Assembly (NCBI RefSeq): GCF_024502345.1
Contig: NZ_JALDNN010000001.1
Strand: one strand, 5' to 3'
Length of the DNA stretch: 64,000 nucleotides
Source of the DNA: Escherichia coli
GTDB lineage: Bacteria; Pseudomonadota; Gammaproteobacteria; Enterobacterales; Enterobacteriaceae
The notes beneath the pieces are model-generated. The model did not search any database and was not told the DNA's origin. It saw only the letters and a program-made list of their open reading frames with translations. The position numbers were made by a program, and so were the translations under genes. Below are positions 10,278 through 23,380 of this stretch, in pieces (positions within the stretch are counted from its first letter, which is position 1; every line of letters begins with the position of its first letter).

Positions 10278-11042
10278 CTAACTCAGGTTCATCTCCAGCG
10301 GCACCGCCGAGCGAATCAAATGGTGGCCTTCCAGCTCGATATCGTGGAGATTCTTTTTCACGGTCCGCACATGATCGCGTGCTGCGCGCTGGGCGACGTG
10401 CGGCAGCCGCTGCAACACCGCGTTGTAGATCCTCGCATGCTGGCGATCGATCTGCTTTTTTTGCTGTGGTCGATGGTAGAGATTATTTACGCTGGCAAAC
10501 ACTGAATTAAACATCAGATCGGTCAATGATTGCAGCGTAAACACCAGCACCTGATTGTGAGAAGCCTGACAAATGGCGAGATGGAAAGCGTGATCCAACT
10601 GCGCATGTTCAATCAGCGAAATCTCTTTGTTGTTCTCACTGGCGGCGAGCATTTTTTCATAACAGCGGGTTATCACAACAAAATCAGCCTGCGTTCCCAG
10701 CGTTGCCGCCAGCCTTGCCGATTCGCCCTCCAGTAATGCGCGAACGTCGAGCAGATCGTACAGCGTTCGCGGCTGTGTACTGAACAGATGGATCAGCGGG
10801 CTGGTGTCCTGCACCCGATTAAGCCGTGCGACACGAGAATCGCGACCCTGCGCCGTTTCAATAATCCCGCGCCCGCGCAGCACGGTCAGCCCTTCACGCA
10901 GTGCGGAGCGTGAGAAGCCGAGCTTTTCACACAGTCGACGTTCCGAGGGAAGTGGCTGACCGACCTTCAGTACGCCGTCGATAATTAACCGTTCGATACT
11001 CTCTGCAACCACTTCGCAAATAGGGCGACGTTCATCTTTCAT
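10278..11042 (-). CDS. glcC: Glycolate operon transcriptional activator GlcC (GntR family)
   Basis: 254 aa from MKDERRPICEVVAESIERLI; divergent from glcD. Confidence 0.9.
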   Translation of the reverse strand: MKDERRPICEVVAESIERLIIDGVLKVGQPLPSERRLCEKLGFSRSALREGLTVLRGRGIIETAQGRDSRVARLNRVQDTSPLIHLFSTQPRTLYDLLDVRALLEGESARLAATLGTQADFVVITRCYEKMLAASENNKEISLIEHAQLDHAFHLAICQASHNQVLVFTLQSLTDLMFNSVFASVNNLYHRPQQKKQIDRQHARIYNAVLQRLPHVAQRAARDHVRTVKKNLHDIELEGHHLIRSAVPLEMNLS

Positions 11043-11292
11043 TCCCGGACCTCGTGCACAGGTAGGACCAATTTTTCTGTTCTTAACTCGCAAAACACGC
11101 ACATCACGCAAGTGATTATGTTACATCAATTTAACATTGAGTTAACCAAGGCAAGGTCACAGAGCTGGAAAAAAAATGGTCTGACCGGTAGCTAAAGAGA
11201 TAGACGAAAACGAAAAGCCCGCTTAATAACTGTTCACAGAAGCAGCGCGCAAAAATCAGCTGCCACACAACACAACAAAGCGAAGCCTACTC
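11043..11292. promoter_or_regulatory. glcC-glcD divergent promoter region
   Basis: Non-coding region between divergent glcC and glcD starts; function inferred from E. coli knowledge. Confidence 0.5.
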
Positions 11293-12792
11293 ATGAGCAT
11301 CTTGTACGAAGAGCGTCTTGATGGCGCTTTACCCGATGTCGACCGCACATCGGTACTGATGGCACTGCGTGAGCATGTCCCTGGACTTGAGATCCTGCAT
11401 ACCGATGAGGAGATCATTCCTTACGAGTGTGACGGGTTGAGCGCGTATCGCACGCGTCCATTACTGGTTGTTCTGCCTAAGCAAATGGAACAGGTGACAG
11501 CGATTCTTGCTGTCTGCCATCGCCTGCGTGTACCGGTGGTGACCCGTGGTGCAGGCACCGGGCTTTCTGGTGGCGCGCTGCCGCTGGAAAAAGGTGTGTT
11601 GTTGGTGATGGCGCGCTTTAAAGAGATCCTCGACATTAACCCCGTTGGTCGCCGCGCGCGCGTGCAGCCAGGCGTGCGTAACCTGGCGATCTCCCAGGCC
11701 GTTGCACCGCATAATCTCTACTACGCACCGGACCCTTCCTCACAAATCGCCTGTTCCATTGGCGGCAACGTGGCAGAAAATGCCGGCGGCGTCCACTGCC
11801 TGAAATATGGTCTGACCGTACATAACCTGCTGAAAATTGAAGTGCAAACGCTGGACGGCGAGGCGCTGACGCTGGGATCGGACGCGCTGGATTCACCTGG
11901 TTTTGACCTGCTGGCGCTGTTCACCGGATCGGAAGGTATGCTCGGCGTGACCACCGAAGTGACGGTAAAACTGCTGCCGAAGCCGCCCGTGGCGCGGGTT
12001 CTGTTAGCCAGCTTTGACTCGGTAGAAAAAGCCGGACTTGCAGTTGGTGACATCATCGCCAATGGCATTATCCCCGGCGGGCTGGAGATGATGGATAACC
12101 TGTCGATCCGCGCGGCGGAAGATTTTATTCATGCCGGTTATCCCGTCGACGCCGAAGCAATTTTGTTATGCGAGCTGGACGGCGTGGAGTCTGACGTACA
12201 GGAAGACTGCGAGCGGGTTAACGACATCTTGTTGAAAGCGGGCGCGACTGACGTCCGTCTGGCACAGGACGAAGCAGAGCGCGTACGTTTCTGGGCCGGT
12301 CGCAAAAATGCGTTCCCGGCGGTAGGACGTATCTCCCCGGATTACTACTGCATGGATGGCACCATCCCGCGTCGCGCCCTGCCTGGCGTACTGGAAGGCA
12401 TTGCCCGTTTATCGCAGCAATATGATTTACGTGTTGCCAACGTCTTTCATGCCGGAGATGGCAACATGCACCCGTTAATCCTTTTCGATGCCAACGAACC
12501 CGGTGAATTTGCCCGCGCGGAAGAGCTGGGTGGGAAGATCCTCGAACTCTGCGTTGAAGTTGGCGGCAGCATCAGTGGGGAACATGGCATCGGGCGAGAA
12601 AAAATCAATCAAATGTGCGCCCAGTTCAACAGCGATGAAATCACGACCTTCCATGCGGTCAAGGCGGCGTTTGACCCCGATGGTTTGCTGAACCCTGGGA
12701 AAAACATTCCCACGCTACACCGCTGTGCTGAATTTGGTGCCATGCATGTGCATCACGGTCATTTACCTTTCCCTGAACTGGAGCGTTTCTGA
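11293..12792 (+). CDS. glcD: Glycolate oxidase FAD-binding subunit GlcD
   Basis: 499 aa, first gene of glcDEFGBA in conserved order. Confidence 0.95.
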   Translation: MSILYEERLDGALPDVDRTSVLMALREHVPGLEILHTDEEIIPYECDGLSAYRTRPLLVVLPKQMEQVTAILAVCHRLRVPVVTRGAGTGLSGGALPLEKGVLLVMARFKEILDINPVGRRARVQPGVRNLAISQAVAPHNLYYAPDPSSQIACSIGGNVAENAGGVHCLKYGLTVHNLLKIEVQTLDGEALTLGSDALDSPGFDLLALFTGSEGMLGVTTEVTVKLLPKPPVARVLLASFDSVEKAGLAVGDIIANGIIPGGLEMMDNLSIRAAEDFIHAGYPVDAEAILLCELDGVESDVQEDCERVNDILLKAGATDVRLAQDEAERVRFWAGRKNAFPAVGRISPDYYCMDGTIPRRALPGVLEGIARLSQQYDLRVANVFHAGDGNMHPLILFDANEPGEFARAEELGGKILELCVEVGGSISGEHGIGREKINQMCAQFNSDEITTFHAVKAAFDPDGLLNPGKNIPTLHRCAEFGAMHVHHGHLPFPELERF

Positions 12793-13844
12793 TGCTACGC
12801 GAGTGTGATTACAGCCAGGCGCTGCTGGAGCAGGTGAATCAGGCAATTAGCGATAAAACGCCGCTGGTGATTCAGGGCAGCAATAGCAAAGCCTTTTTAG
12901 GTCGCCCTGTCACCGGGCAAACGCTGGATGTGCGTTGTCATCGCGGCATTGTTAATTACGACCCGACCGAGCTGGTGATAACCGCGCGTGCCGGAACGCC
13001 GCTGGTGGCGATTGAAGCGGCGCTGGAGAGCGCCGGGCAAATGCTCCCCTGCGAGCCGCCGCATTATGGTGAAGAAGCCACCTGGGGCGGGATGGTCGCC
13101 TGCGGGCTGGCGGGGCCGCGTCGCCCGTGGAGCGGTTCGGTCCGCGATTTTGTCCTCGGCACGCGCATCATTACCGGCGCTGGAAAACATCTGCGTTTTG
13201 GTGGCGAAGTGATGAAAAACGTTGCCGGATACGATCTCTCACGGTTAATGGCCGGAAGCTACGGTTGTCTTGGCGTGCTCACTGAAATCTCGATGAAAGT
13301 GTTACCGCGACCGCGCGCCTCCCTGAGCCTGCGTCGGGAAATCAGCCTGCAAGAAGCCATGAACGAAATCGCCCAGTGGCAACTCCAGCCGCTACCCATT
13401 AGTGGCTTATGTTACTTCGACAATGCGTTGTGGATCCGCCTTGAGGGCGGCGAAGGATCGGTAAAAGCGGCGCGTGAACTGCTGGGGGGCGAAGAGGTTG
13501 CGGGTCAGTTCTGGCAGCAATTGCGTGAACAACAACTGCCGTTCTTCTCGTTACCAGGTACCTTATGGCGCATTTCATTACCCAGCGATGCGCCGATGAT
13601 GGATTTACCCGGCGAGCAACTGATCGACTGGGGCGGTGCGTTACGCTGGCTGAAATCGACAGCCGAGGACAATCAAATCCATCGCATCGCCCGCAACGCT
13701 GGCGGTCATGCGACCCGCTTTAGTGCCGGAGATGGTGGCTTTGCCCCGCTATCGGCTCCTTTATTCCGCTATCACCAGCAGCTTAAACAGCAGCTCGACC
13801 CTTGCGGCGTGTTTAACCCCGGTCGCATGTACGCGGAACTTTGA
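12792..13844 (+). CDS. glcE: Glycolate oxidase subunit GlcE
   Basis: 350 aa; start overlaps glcD stop. Confidence 0.95.
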   Translation: MLRECDYSQALLEQVNQAISDKTPLVIQGSNSKAFLGRPVTGQTLDVRCHRGIVNYDPTELVITARAGTPLVAIEAALESAGQMLPCEPPHYGEEATWGGMVACGLAGPRRPWSGSVRDFVLGTRIITGAGKHLRFGGEVMKNVAGYDLSRLMAGSYGCLGVLTEISMKVLPRPRASLSLRREISLQEAMNEIAQWQLQPLPISGLCYFDNALWIRLEGGEGSVKAARELLGGEEVAGQFWQQLREQQLPFFSLPGTLWRISLPSDAPMMDLPGEQLIDWGGALRWLKSTAEDNQIHRIARNAGGHATRFSAGDGGFAPLSAPLFRYHQQLKQQLDPCGVFNPGRMYAEL

Positions 13845-13854
13845 GGAGCAGGCT

Positions 13855-15078
13855 ATGCAAACCCAATTAACTGAAGAGATGCGGCAGAACGCGCGCGCGC
13901 TGGAAGCCGACAGCATCCTGCGCGCCTGTGTTCACTGCGGATTTTGTACCGCAACCTGCCCAACCTATCAGCTTCTGGGCGATGAACTGGACGGGCCGCG
14001 CGGGCGCATCTATCTGATTAAACAGGTGCTGGAAGGCAACGAAGTCACGCTTAAAACACAGGAGCATCTCGATCGCTGCCTCACTTGCCGCAATTGTGAA
14101 ACCACCTGTCCTTCTGGTGTGCGCTATCACAATTTGCTGGATATCGGGCGTGATATTGTCGAGCAGAAAGTGAAACGCCCACTGCCGGAGCGAATACTGC
14201 GCGAAGGATTGCGCCAGGTAGTGCCGCGTCCGGCTGTCTTCCGTGCGCTGACGCAGGTAGGGCTGGTGCTGCGACCGTTTTTACCGGAACAGGTCAGAGC
14301 AAAACTGCCTGCCGAAACGGTGAAAGCTAAACCGCGTCCGCCGCTGCGCCATAAGCGTCGGGTTTTAATGCTGGAAGGCTGCGCCCAGCCTACGCTTTCG
14401 CCCAACACCAACGCGGCAACTGCGCGAGTGCTGGATCGTCTGGGGATCAGCGTCATGTCAGCTAACGAAGCAGGCTGTTGTGGCGCGGTGGACTATCATC
14501 TTAATGCGCAGGAGAAAGGGCTGGCACGGGCGCGCAATAATATTGATGCCTGGTGGCCCGCGATTGAAGCAGGTGCCGAGGCAATTTTGCAAACCGCCAG
14601 CGGTTGCGGCGCGTTTGTCAAAGAGTACGGGCAGATGCTGAAAAACGATGCGTTATATGCCGATAAAGCGCGTCAAGTCAGTGAACTGGCGGTCGATTTA
14701 GTCGAGCTTCTGCGCGAGGAACCGCTGGAAAAAATGGCAATTCGCGGCGATAAAAAACTGGCCTTCCACTGCCCGTGTACCCTACAACATGCGCAAAAGC
14801 TGAACGGCGAAGTGGAAAAAGTGTTGCTTCGTCTTGGATTTACCTTAACGGACGTTCCCGACAGCCATCTGTGCTGCGGTTCAGCGGGAACATATGCGTT
14901 AACGCATCCCGATCTGGCACGCCAGCTGCGGGATAACAAAATGAATGCGCTGGAAAGCGGCAAACCGGAAATGATCGTCACCGCCAACATTGGTTGCCAG
15001 ACGCATCTGGCGAGCGCCGGTCGTACCTCTGTGCGTCACTGGATTGAAATTGTAGAACAAGCCCTTGAAAAGGAATAA
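13855..15078 (+). CDS. glcF: Glycolate oxidase iron-sulfur subunit GlcF
   Basis: 407 aa from MQTQLTEEM with CxxCxxCP cluster motifs; ORF-track start at 13708 is an upstream extension overlapping glcE. Confidence 0.9.
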   Translation: MQTQLTEEMRQNARALEADSILRACVHCGFCTATCPTYQLLGDELDGPRGRIYLIKQVLEGNEVTLKTQEHLDRCLTCRNCETTCPSGVRYHNLLDIGRDIVEQKVKRPLPERILREGLRQVVPRPAVFRALTQVGLVLRPFLPEQVRAKLPAETVKAKPRPPLRHKRRVLMLEGCAQPTLSPNTNAATARVLDRLGISVMSANEAGCCGAVDYHLNAQEKGLARARNNIDAWWPAIEAGAEAILQTASGCGAFVKEYGQMLKNDALYADKARQVSELAVDLVELLREEPLEKMAIRGDKKLAFHCPCTLQHAQKLNGEVEKVLLRLGFTLTDVPDSHLCCGSAGTYALTHPDLARQLRDNKMNALESGKPEMIVTANIGCQTHLASAGRTSVRHWIEIVEQALEKE

Positions 15079-15082
15079 CAAA

Positions 15083-15487
15083 ATGAAAACTAAAGTCATT
15101 CTTAGCCAGCAAATGGCGAGTGCAATTATTGCCGCAGGTCAGGAAGAGGCGCAGAAAAATAACTGGTCTGTTTCCATTGCTGTTGCCGATGACGGCGGTC
15201 ATCTGCTGGCGTTAAGTCGCATGGACGATTGCGCGCCGATTGCGGCTTACATCTCCCAGGAGAAAGCGCGTACCGCCGCGCTGGGGCGTCGTGAAACTAA
15301 GGGCTATGAAGAGATGGTGAACAACGGACGTACCGCGTTCGTGACTGCGCCGTTATTAACGTCGCTGGAAGGCGGCGTACCGGTTGTTGTTGATGGGCAA
15401 ATTATTGGTGCCGTGGGCGTTTCTGGTTTAACCGGAGCACAGGATGCGCAGGTCGCGAAAGCGGCAGCAGCGGTGTTGGCGAAATAA
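15083..15487 (+). CDS. glcG: GlcG (heme-binding-like protein)
   Basis: 134 aa from MKTKVILSQQ. Confidence 0.9.
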   Translation: MKTKVILSQQMASAIIAAGQEEAQKNNWSVSIAVADDGGHLLALSRMDDCAPIAAYISQEKARTAALGRRETKGYEEMVNNGRTAFVTAPLLTSLEGGVPVVVDGQIIGAVGVSGLTGAQDAQVAKAAAAVLAK

Positions 15488-15508
15488 GCGAAAACGAGGA
15501 GATAAACA

Positions 15509-17680
15509 ATGAGTCAAACCATAACCCAGGGCCGTTTACGCATTGACGCCAATTTTAAACGTTTTGTGGATGAAGAAGTTTTACCGGGAACAGGGCTGGA
15601 CGCTGCGGCGTTCTGGCGCAATTTTGATGAAATCGTTCACGATCTGGCACCAGAAAATCGTCAGTTGCTGGCAGAACGCGATCGCATTCAGGCGGCGCTT
15701 GATGAGTGGCATCGCAGCAATCCGGGGCCGGTAAAAGATAAAGCGGCCTATAAATCTTTCCTGCGTGAACTGGGCTACCTGGTGCCGCAACCGGAGCGCG
15801 TGACGGTGGAAACCACGGGCATTGACAGCGAAATCACCAGTCAGGCGGGGCCACAGCTGGTGGTTCCGGCAATGAACGCCCGCTACGCGCTGAACGCGGC
15901 GAACGCTCGCTGGGGCTCACTGTACGATGCGTTATACGGCAGCGACATCATCCCGCAGGAAGGGGCGATGGTCAGCGGCTACGATCCGCAACGCGGTGAG
16001 CAGGTTATCGCCTGGGTTCGGCGTTTCCTCGATGAATCTCTACCGCTGGAAAACGGCAGCTATCAGGATGTGGTGGCGTTTAAGGTGGTCGATAAACAAT
16101 TACGCATCCAGTTGAAAAATGGTAAAGAAACCACGTTACGTACCCCGGCGCAGTTTGTCGGTTACCGTGGCGATGCCGCTGCGCCGACCTGCATTTTGCT
16201 GAAAAATAACGGCCTGCATATTGAACTGCAAATTGATGCCAACGGGCGGATTGGCAAAGACGATCCGGCGCACATCAACGATGTTATCGTCGAAGCGGCC
16301 ATCAGTACCATTCTCGACTGCGAAGATTCGGTCGCGGCGGTTGATGCGGAAGATAAAATCCTGCTGTACCGCAATCTGCTGGGCCTGATGCAGGGGACTC
16401 TGCAAGAGAAAATGGAGAAAAACGGTCGACAAATCGTGCGTAAACTGAATGACGATCGTCATTACACCGCCGCCGATGGCTCTGAAATTTCTCTGCACGG
16501 ACGCTCGCTGCTGTTTATCCGCAACGTGGGTCATTTGATGACCATTCCTGTGATTTGGGACAGCGAAGGCAATGAAATCCCGGAAGGCATTCTTGATGGC
16601 GTCATGACTGGCGCGATTGCCCTCTATGATTTAAAAGTGCAGAAAAACTCGCGCACTGGCAGCGTCTATATTGTGAAACCGAAAATGCACGGTCCGCAGG
16701 AAGTGGCGTTCGCCAACAAACTGTTTACCCGCATTGAGACAATGCTCGGTATGGCACCGAATACCCTGAAAATGGGCATTATGGATGAAGAACGTCGGAC
16801 CTCGCTGAACTTGCGTAGCTGTATCGCTCAGGCGCGCAACCGCGTGGCGTTCATCAATACCGGTTTCCTCGACCGTACCGGCGATGAAATGCATTCGGTG
16901 ATGGAAGCTGGCCCGATGCTGCGTAAAAATCAGATGAAATCGACGCCGTGGATCAAAGCCTACGAGCGTAATAACGTGCTTTCCGGCCTGTTCTGTGGGC
17001 TGCGCGGTAAAGCGCAAATCGGTAAAGGCATGTGGGCAATGCCGGACCTGATGGCAGACATGTACAGCCAGAAGGGCGACCAACTGCGTGCCGGGGCAAA
17101 CACAGCCTGGGTTCCGTCACCAACCGCTGCTACGCTCCATGCGCTGCACTACCACCAAACCAACGTACAGAGCGTGCAAGCCAACATTGCCCAGACCGAG
17201 TTTAATGCTGAATTTGAACCGCTGCTGGACGATCTGCTGACTATTCCGGTTGCTGAAAACGCTAACTGGTCGGCGCAAGAGATCCAACAAGAGCTGGATA
17301 ACAACGTGCAGGGGATTCTGGGGTACGTGGTGCGCTGGGTGGAGCAGGGGATTGGTTGTTCAAAAGTGCCGGATATTCACAATGTGGCGCTGATGGAAGA
17401 CCGCGCAACGCTGCGTATCTCCAGCCAGCATATCGCCAACTGGTTACGTCACGGTATTCTGACCAAAGAACAGGTGCAGGCGTCGCTGGAGAATATGGCG
17501 AAAGTGGTTGATCAGCAAAACGCTGGCGATCCGGCTTATCGTCCGATGGCGGGGAATTTCGCTAACTCGTGTGCTTTTAAAGCTGCCAGCGATTTGATCT
17601 TCCTCGGCGTGAAACAGCCAAACGGTTATACCGAACCGTTATTACACGCCTGGCGTTTACGCGAAAAAGAAAGTCATTAA
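15509..17680 (+). CDS. glcB: Malate synthase G
   Basis: 723 aa, glc operon position. Confidence 0.95.
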   Translation: MSQTITQGRLRIDANFKRFVDEEVLPGTGLDAAAFWRNFDEIVHDLAPENRQLLAERDRIQAALDEWHRSNPGPVKDKAAYKSFLRELGYLVPQPERVTVETTGIDSEITSQAGPQLVVPAMNARYALNAANARWGSLYDALYGSDIIPQEGAMVSGYDPQRGEQVIAWVRRFLDESLPLENGSYQDVVAFKVVDKQLRIQLKNGKETTLRTPAQFVGYRGDAAAPTCILLKNNGLHIELQIDANGRIGKDDPAHINDVIVEAAISTILDCEDSVAAVDAEDKILLYRNLLGLMQGTLQEKMEKNGRQIVRKLNDDRHYTAADGSEISLHGRSLLFIRNVGHLMTIPVIWDSEGNEIPEGILDGVMTGAIALYDLKVQKNSRTGSVYIVKPKMHGPQEVAFANKLFTRIETMLGMAPNTLKMGIMDEERRTSLNLRSCIAQARNRVAFINTGFLDRTGDEMHSVMEAGPMLRKNQMKSTPWIKAYERNNVLSGLFCGLRGKAQIGKGMWAMPDLMADMYSQKGDQLRAGANTAWVPSPTAATLHALHYHQTNVQSVQANIAQTEFNAEFEPLLDDLLTIPVAENANWSAQEIQQELDNNVQGILGYVVRWVEQGIGCSKVPDIHNVALMEDRATLRISSQHIANWLRHGILTKEQVQASLENMAKVVDQQNAGDPAYRPMAGNFANSCAFKAASDLIFLGVKQPNGYTEPLLHAWRLREKESH

Positions 17681-18034
17681 TAGCGTCAAAAAAGCCCCGG
17701 CAAGTTTTATTGTCGGGGCTATGATAGTAACTGCGGTAGTACATTTATCCCGGAAATAACCGGAGCGATTATCAGGGTTTAACAATATTAAATACCCGTA
17801 GCGCATTACTAGCGGGCCTAAAACAACAATATGGACATCTTAACGATACTCTGCGCCTGCGTGTGCGGAACAGAAACCCTTACCCGATATACTTGTTATG
17901 CCAGAGGTAGCAATTGCGTTAGCGGCGTACTGTTGCTGTAAAGTATAACGCCTATATTTTACAGTTCAGTCCTCTTTTGCTTATTACAACCTTAAGTATA
18001 TCAAGCATATAAAGATAATAAGAGACTGAACAAT

Positions 18035-19717
18035 ATGGTTACCTGGACCCAAATGTATATGCCGATGGGAGGACTGGGGCTATCCGCTCTGGTCGCCCTG
18101 ATCCCGATAATATTCTTCTTCGTTGCACTCGCGGTATTACGTCTGAAAGGACATGTCGCTGGAGCAATAACCCTTATATTATCTATCCTGATTGCAATAT
18201 TCGCCTTTAAAATGCCGATTGATATGGCTTTTGCTGCTGCGGGCTATGGCTTTATTTATGGATTATGGCCTATTGCGTGGATTATTGTCGCGGCGGTGTT
18301 CCTCTATAAATTAACCGTTGCCAGCGGTCAGTTCGATATTATCCGCAGCTCGGTTATCTCCATCACCGACGATCAGCGTTTGCAGGTGTTACTGATTGGT
18401 TTCTCCTTTGGTGCGTTGCTGGAAGGAGCGGCTGGCTTTGGTGCGCCGGTGGCGATTACCGGTGCGCTGCTGGTGGGCCTGGGCTTCAAACCGTTATACG
18501 CGGCGGGGCTGTGTCTGATTGCCAACACTGCGCCAGTGGCGTTTGGTGCGTTGGGCGTGCCGATTCTGGTCGCCGGTCAGGTAACGGGAATCGATCCGTT
18601 CCACATTGGCGCAATGGCGGGACGTCAGTTACCGTTCCTGTCGGTTCTTGTGCCGTTCTGGCTGGTAGCAATGATGGACGGCTGGAAAGGGGTGAAAGAG
18701 ACGTGGCCAGCGGCGCTGGTTGCTGGGGGAAGCTTCGCTGTCACTCAGTTCTTTACCTCTAACTATATTGGTCCGGAACTGCCGGATATTACTTCGGCGC
18801 TGGTGAGTATCGTCTCACTCGCTTTATTCCTTAAAGTCTGGCGGCCGAAAAATACCGAAACGGCAATCAGCATGGGGCAATCCGCAGGTGCGATGGTGGT
18901 AAATAAGCCATCTTCTGGCGGTCCCGTGCCTTCAGAATATAGTCTGGGGCAAATCATTCGTGCGTGGTCACCGTTTTTAATCTTAACGGTGCTGGTCACC
19001 ATCTGGACCATGAAGCCGTTTAAAGCGTTATTTGCTCCGGGCGGCGCGTTTTATTCACTGGTGATTAATTTCCAGATCCCTCATTTGCATCAACAAGTGT
19101 TGAAAGCGGCACCCATTGTCGCCCAACCAACGCCAATGGATGCGGTGTTTAAATTCGACCCTCTCTCGGCTGGCGGCACCGCTATTTTTATTGCGGCGAT
19201 TATCTCTATCTTCATCCTCGGCGTGGGCATCAAGAAAGGGATTGGCGTCTTTGCCGAAACGCTAATTAGTCTGAAGTGGCCGATATTGTCGATTGGCATG
19301 GTGCTGGCGTTCGCCTTCGTCACCAACTATTCCGGCATGTCCACCACGCTGGCGCTGGTACTGGCAGGTACAGGCGTGATGTTCCCGTTTTTCTCACCGT
19401 TCCTCGGCTGGCTGGGGGTATTCCTTACCGGCTCGGACACTTCTTCAAACGCCCTGTTTGGTTCACTGCAATCGACCACGGCGCAGCAAATCAATGTCTC
19501 TGACACTCTGCTGGTGGCAGCAAATACCAGCGGCGGCGTAACTGGCAAGATGATCTCCCCGCAATCTATCGCCGTGGCCTGCGCCGCGACGGGCATGGTG
19601 GGCCGAGAATCTGAACTATTCCGCTACACCGTGAAGCACAGTCTGATTTTTGCCAGCGTTATCGGCGTTATCACGTTGTTGCAGGCGTATGTGTTTACTG
19701 GAATGTTGGTCTCGTAA
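18035..19717 (+). CDS. glcA: Glycolate/lactate permease GlcA (LctP family)
   Basis: 560-aa multi-TM protein at end of glc operon. Confidence 0.95.
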   Translation: MVTWTQMYMPMGGLGLSALVALIPIIFFFVALAVLRLKGHVAGAITLILSILIAIFAFKMPIDMAFAAAGYGFIYGLWPIAWIIVAAVFLYKLTVASGQFDIIRSSVISITDDQRLQVLLIGFSFGALLEGAAGFGAPVAITGALLVGLGFKPLYAAGLCLIANTAPVAFGALGVPILVAGQVTGIDPFHIGAMAGRQLPFLSVLVPFWLVAMMDGWKGVKETWPAALVAGGSFAVTQFFTSNYIGPELPDITSALVSIVSLALFLKVWRPKNTETAISMGQSAGAMVVNKPSSGGPVPSEYSLGQIIRAWSPFLILTVLVTIWTMKPFKALFAPGGAFYSLVINFQIPHLHQQVLKAAPIVAQPTPMDAVFKFDPLSAGGTAIFIAAIISIFILGVGIKKGIGVFAETLISLKWPILSIGMVLAFAFVTNYSGMSTTLALVLAGTGVMFPFFSPFLGWLGVFLTGSDTSSNALFGSLQSTTAQQINVSDTLLVAANTSGGVTGKMISPQSIAVACAATGMVGRESELFRYTVKHSLIFASVIGVITLLQAYVFTGMLVS

Positions 19718-19726
19718 ATCAATAAT

Positions 19727-19760
19727 GCCGGATGATCGTTAATATCATCCGGCTTCATTT
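19727..19760 (+). terminator. Rho-independent terminator candidate after glcA
   Basis: Perfect 10-bp inverted repeat gccggatgat / atcatccggc with 7-nt loop, followed by T-rich tract. Confidence 0.5.
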
Positions 19761-20202
19761 ACATTATTCTGTCTTATTAATTGAAAATTATTTCTCGCTT
19801 TATTATCCATGCGGCAATAATGTTTTGTGTTCAGATAACCTGATAAATAATTAAGAGCGTGAGAACATCTATTTTTTTTATCACGCAAAACAAGTCTGTA
19901 TTAATTATGTTCGCTTGATGAGCAAACACCGTTCTATCTGTTGCTTTTGCAATCTTAATCGTTAAAACTACCAACGAATTTATATAGTTGCGTTGTGAAA
20001 TGTTGTTAATTTTTTGTTTATTGAAATTTCGTAAAAATAGCCAGCCAGACATCAAATAGGGGTTATTCTTATAAATTTCACCTGTTTTCTATCAATGATG
20101 TCGTTTTCTTAAGAATGGAGGAAATTATTAAAGAAGATAAAGCATAAAACTATTTCTCCCAGTTACGAATTTTTTAACATTGTTTTGTCACTTGCGTTAT
20201 TA

Positions 20203-21300
<1,098 letters not shown>

Positions 21301-21399
21301 TATTACTGTCGCCTGTAAATAACCGGCACAGTGCGAACACCATGCCGGGAGATTATGGCTGACAAAACGGGAACGACAGGATCCCGCTGTTGTCGGGGG

Positions 21400-23082
21400 T
21401 CAGAAGGTTTCCCAGTTCTCGCTGGCGTGTTGTTCCGTTTCACGAACGGACTTTACCGCTTTAACCTTACTCTGCGGGCTGGTGTTGCTGATTGTCGGTA
21501 CTATGGTATTTTTTCGTTCAGCATCGCGTTTTTTATTATCACGGAGACGAAATACGCTCACCTTCTCCTGCAGAATCCGTGACTGATTCTGCAACGAAGC
21601 GGCAGTGGCTGCAGACTGTTCCACCAGAGCTGCATTTTGTTGGGTGGTGCTGTCTATCTGGCCCATGGCGCTGTTAATCTGGGCAATACCATCTCCCTGC
21701 TCACGACTGGCCTTGGCTATTTCGTCAATCAGCCCTTCCATGCTCTGGACGTTACTGATGATATCCTCCATTCCCCTGTCTGCTTTTTCAACCAGGGTAC
21801 GGCCGGATGCAATGCGGGAAACGGAGTCATCAATGAGCTCTTTTATTTCCCGCGCGGCAGAAGCACTGCGCTGAGCCAGATTACGAACCTCTCCGGCCAC
21901 AACCGCAAATCCACGGCCGGACTCGCCGGCGCGTGCGGCTTCCACGGCAGCATTAAGCGCGAGAATGTTGGTCTGGAAGGCAATCCCGTCGATGACCTGG
22001 ATGATGGCTGTCATTTCAGACGAGGTGTCGTAAATCTCCTGCATCCGGGAAGACACCTCACTCATGACCACTCCATTCTGTTTCACAATGGCCGTTGTTT
22101 CTGTCACAAACTGGTAAACCTGTGCTGTATTGCCGGCAGTATTGTTTATGGTGGCCGTCAGTTGTTCCAGAGTGGCCGCCGTCTGTTCCACACCGGCAGC
22201 CTGCTCTTCGGTGCGGGCTGACAGGTCTGTATTACCACTGCTGATTTCTGCTGCAGTCAGCGCAATATTGTCCGCTCCCTGACGTACTTCCCGGACGGTG
22301 TTACTCAGACTCCCGCACATATCACGCAGTGCCTGCATCAGTTGCCCCAGCTGGTCCTGTGAGTCCACTTTAATCTCCACACACAGGTTACCTTCCGCCA
22401 CTTCCCGGGCAATCCGGACGGCTGAAATCAACGGACTGGTAATGCTTCTGGTGATCAGCCATGCCAGCACACCTCCCAGAAGAAGCGCCATACACCCAGT
22501 GATGATCAGTGTCAGTATGGCTGCCGTACCATTATCAGCGATAACTTCACCCGCTTTATCTATGCTTGTTTTTTCGTATTCCACCAGTGCCTGCAGACTG
22601 GCCATGTAGTCATTTATGATCGGTAATTGCTGTGACTCAATGAAGTGGTTCAGGGCTTCACGGTCCCCCTGCTCACTGATCTGAAGAGCTTTTACCAGGG
22701 TATCTGCATACACCTGACGCTTTTCACCAATGGTTTTCAGCAGCTTAATACCCTGCTCTGAAGTAAGCTCCCTGTTAAATTTATCCTGCAGTATATCCAC
22801 GCGAGCACGGGTTTTCTCTATCCGCTGCTGTGCATATGTCCTGATATCCGGGTCCCCCGACGTCAGCAGAACCAGTCCAAGCGCACCGTTTGATTCAATA
22901 CCGGTCTGCCATTCATTCGCCATACGCTCCTGCAGAAGATAATTATTCATCACGCGATCGGTGGAAGTGAGCATAGAGTTCAGGTACCCCACTCCGGTCA
23001 CTGTCATGATCATGATAAGAACCAGAATTAGGCTGAAGCTGCCAGCCAGCCTGATACCCACACTAAAGTCTTTGATTTTCAT
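21400..23082 (-). CDS. Methyl-accepting chemotaxis protein, four-helix-bundle sensor, HAMP, Tar/Tsr-like signalling domain, C-terminal NWETF
   Basis: 560 aa; signalling domain VIDGIAFQTNILALNAAVEAARAGESGRGFAVVAGEVRNLA, methylation-region motifs, NWETF pentapeptide. Confidence 0.85.
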   Translation of the reverse strand: MKIKDFSVGIRLAGSFSLILVLIMIMTVTGVGYLNSMLTSTDRVMNNYLLQERMANEWQTGIESNGALGLVLLTSGDPDIRTYAQQRIEKTRARVDILQDKFNRELTSEQGIKLLKTIGEKRQVYADTLVKALQISEQGDREALNHFIESQQLPIINDYMASLQALVEYEKTSIDKAGEVIADNGTAAILTLIITGCMALLLGGVLAWLITRSITSPLISAVRIAREVAEGNLCVEIKVDSQDQLGQLMQALRDMCGSLSNTVREVRQGADNIALTAAEISSGNTDLSARTEEQAAGVEQTAATLEQLTATINNTAGNTAQVYQFVTETTAIVKQNGVVMSEVSSRMQEIYDTSSEMTAIIQVIDGIAFQTNILALNAAVEAARAGESGRGFAVVAGEVRNLAQRSASAAREIKELIDDSVSRIASGRTLVEKADRGMEDIISNVQSMEGLIDEIAKASREQGDGIAQINSAMGQIDSTTQQNAALVEQSAATAASLQNQSRILQEKVSVFRLRDNKKRDAERKNTIVPTISNTSPQSKVKAVKSVRETEQHASENWETF

Positions 23083-23380
23083 TTTATTACCCGTGAATGA
23101 AGCTGGTTATTTCGGACCCCGGTGTCCCTGACAAATAACTGGTGCCTCCAGACTTATTTATGAGGAATCATATTTTGATTAACGAGATCTGTTATCGGTA
23201 TCAGTGTGCCTGAATGGAGTATGTCAGACACGACCACTTAATACCCCGAAGCGTCCTGCCAAAAAAGACCAGACGGTGAGGGCTGGTCTGAAATCTGACA
23301 ATGTCTATGGGGTCTACCGTTGCGTAGAGGGCTGTCACAACGTTAATAAGATTATCGGCAACAGTCCGGTAAACTTTAAC

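Noticed and set aside
13708-13854. Upstream extension of glcF giving a 456-aa product
   Set aside because: It overlaps the glcE coding region; GlcF begins at MQTQLTEEM (13855), giving 407 aa with an SD upstream.
16136-17083. Antisense ORFs (132 and 150 aa) inside glcB
   Set aside because: Entirely within the well-supported malate synthase G gene on the opposite strand.
23083-23380. Possible sigma-28 flagellar-class promoter upstream of the MCP (ACCGATAA-like element near 23192-23199 on the minus strand)
   Set aside because: Only the -10-like element is present; no TAAA -35 element at the expected spacing, so not called.
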